This document shows positions 40,370 to 40,532 of a DNA stretch of 40,532 nucleotides, piece after piece. The position numbers and the translations under genes were made by a program. Every line of letters begins with the position of its first letter. The first letter of the stretch is position 1. Origin of the DNA: Escherichia phage T7; sequence record LR745707, one strand, 5' to 3'. Below the pieces are notes generated by a model. It was not told where the DNA came from. It did no database searches and saw nothing but the letters and a program-made list of their open reading frames with translations.

Positions 40370-40532
40370 TCAAGTCCTAAGGTATACCCATAAAGAGCCT
40401 CTAATGGTCTATCCTAAGGTCTATACCTAAAGATAGGCCATCCTATCAGTGTCACCTAAAGAGGGTCTTAGAGAGGGCCTATGGAGTTCCTATAGGGTCC
40501 TTTAAAATATACCATAAAAATCTGAGTGACTA
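40370..40532. repeat. Right-end array of short CCTAAAG-like repeats preceding the (absent) right terminal repeat
   Basis: Repeated cctaagg / cctaaag / cctat units visible; window ends exactly where the right terminal repeat would start. Confidence 0.6.

Overview
This window is an essentially complete bacteriophage T7 genome (left terminal repeat through gene 19.5; the right 160-bp terminal repeat copy is not included), with all genes on the + strand and the wild-type complement of 17 T7 RNAP promoters, the three early E. coli promoters A1-A3, terminators TE and Tphi, and RNase III sites. The one clearly non-native locus is 36021-37037. There the gene 17 tail-fibre tip domain (after about residue 466) is replaced by a GC-rich 211-aa C-terminal domain that I recognise as the C-type-lectin receptor-binding domain of Bordetella phage BPP-1 Mtd. 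This includes its diversity-generating-retroelement (DGR) variable region, the IMH element and the downstream GC hairpin with GAAA loop. It is followed by an inserted, synonymously recoded E. coli thioredoxin gene (trxA) driven by a duplicated copy of the gene 17 ribosome-binding site. No DGR template repeat, avd or reverse transcriptase is present, so the phage looks like an engineered T7 carrying a DGR target for trans-acting diversification of its receptor-binding tip. All identifications rest on reading the sequence and recalled T7/BPP-1 knowledge; no database search or alignment was run.
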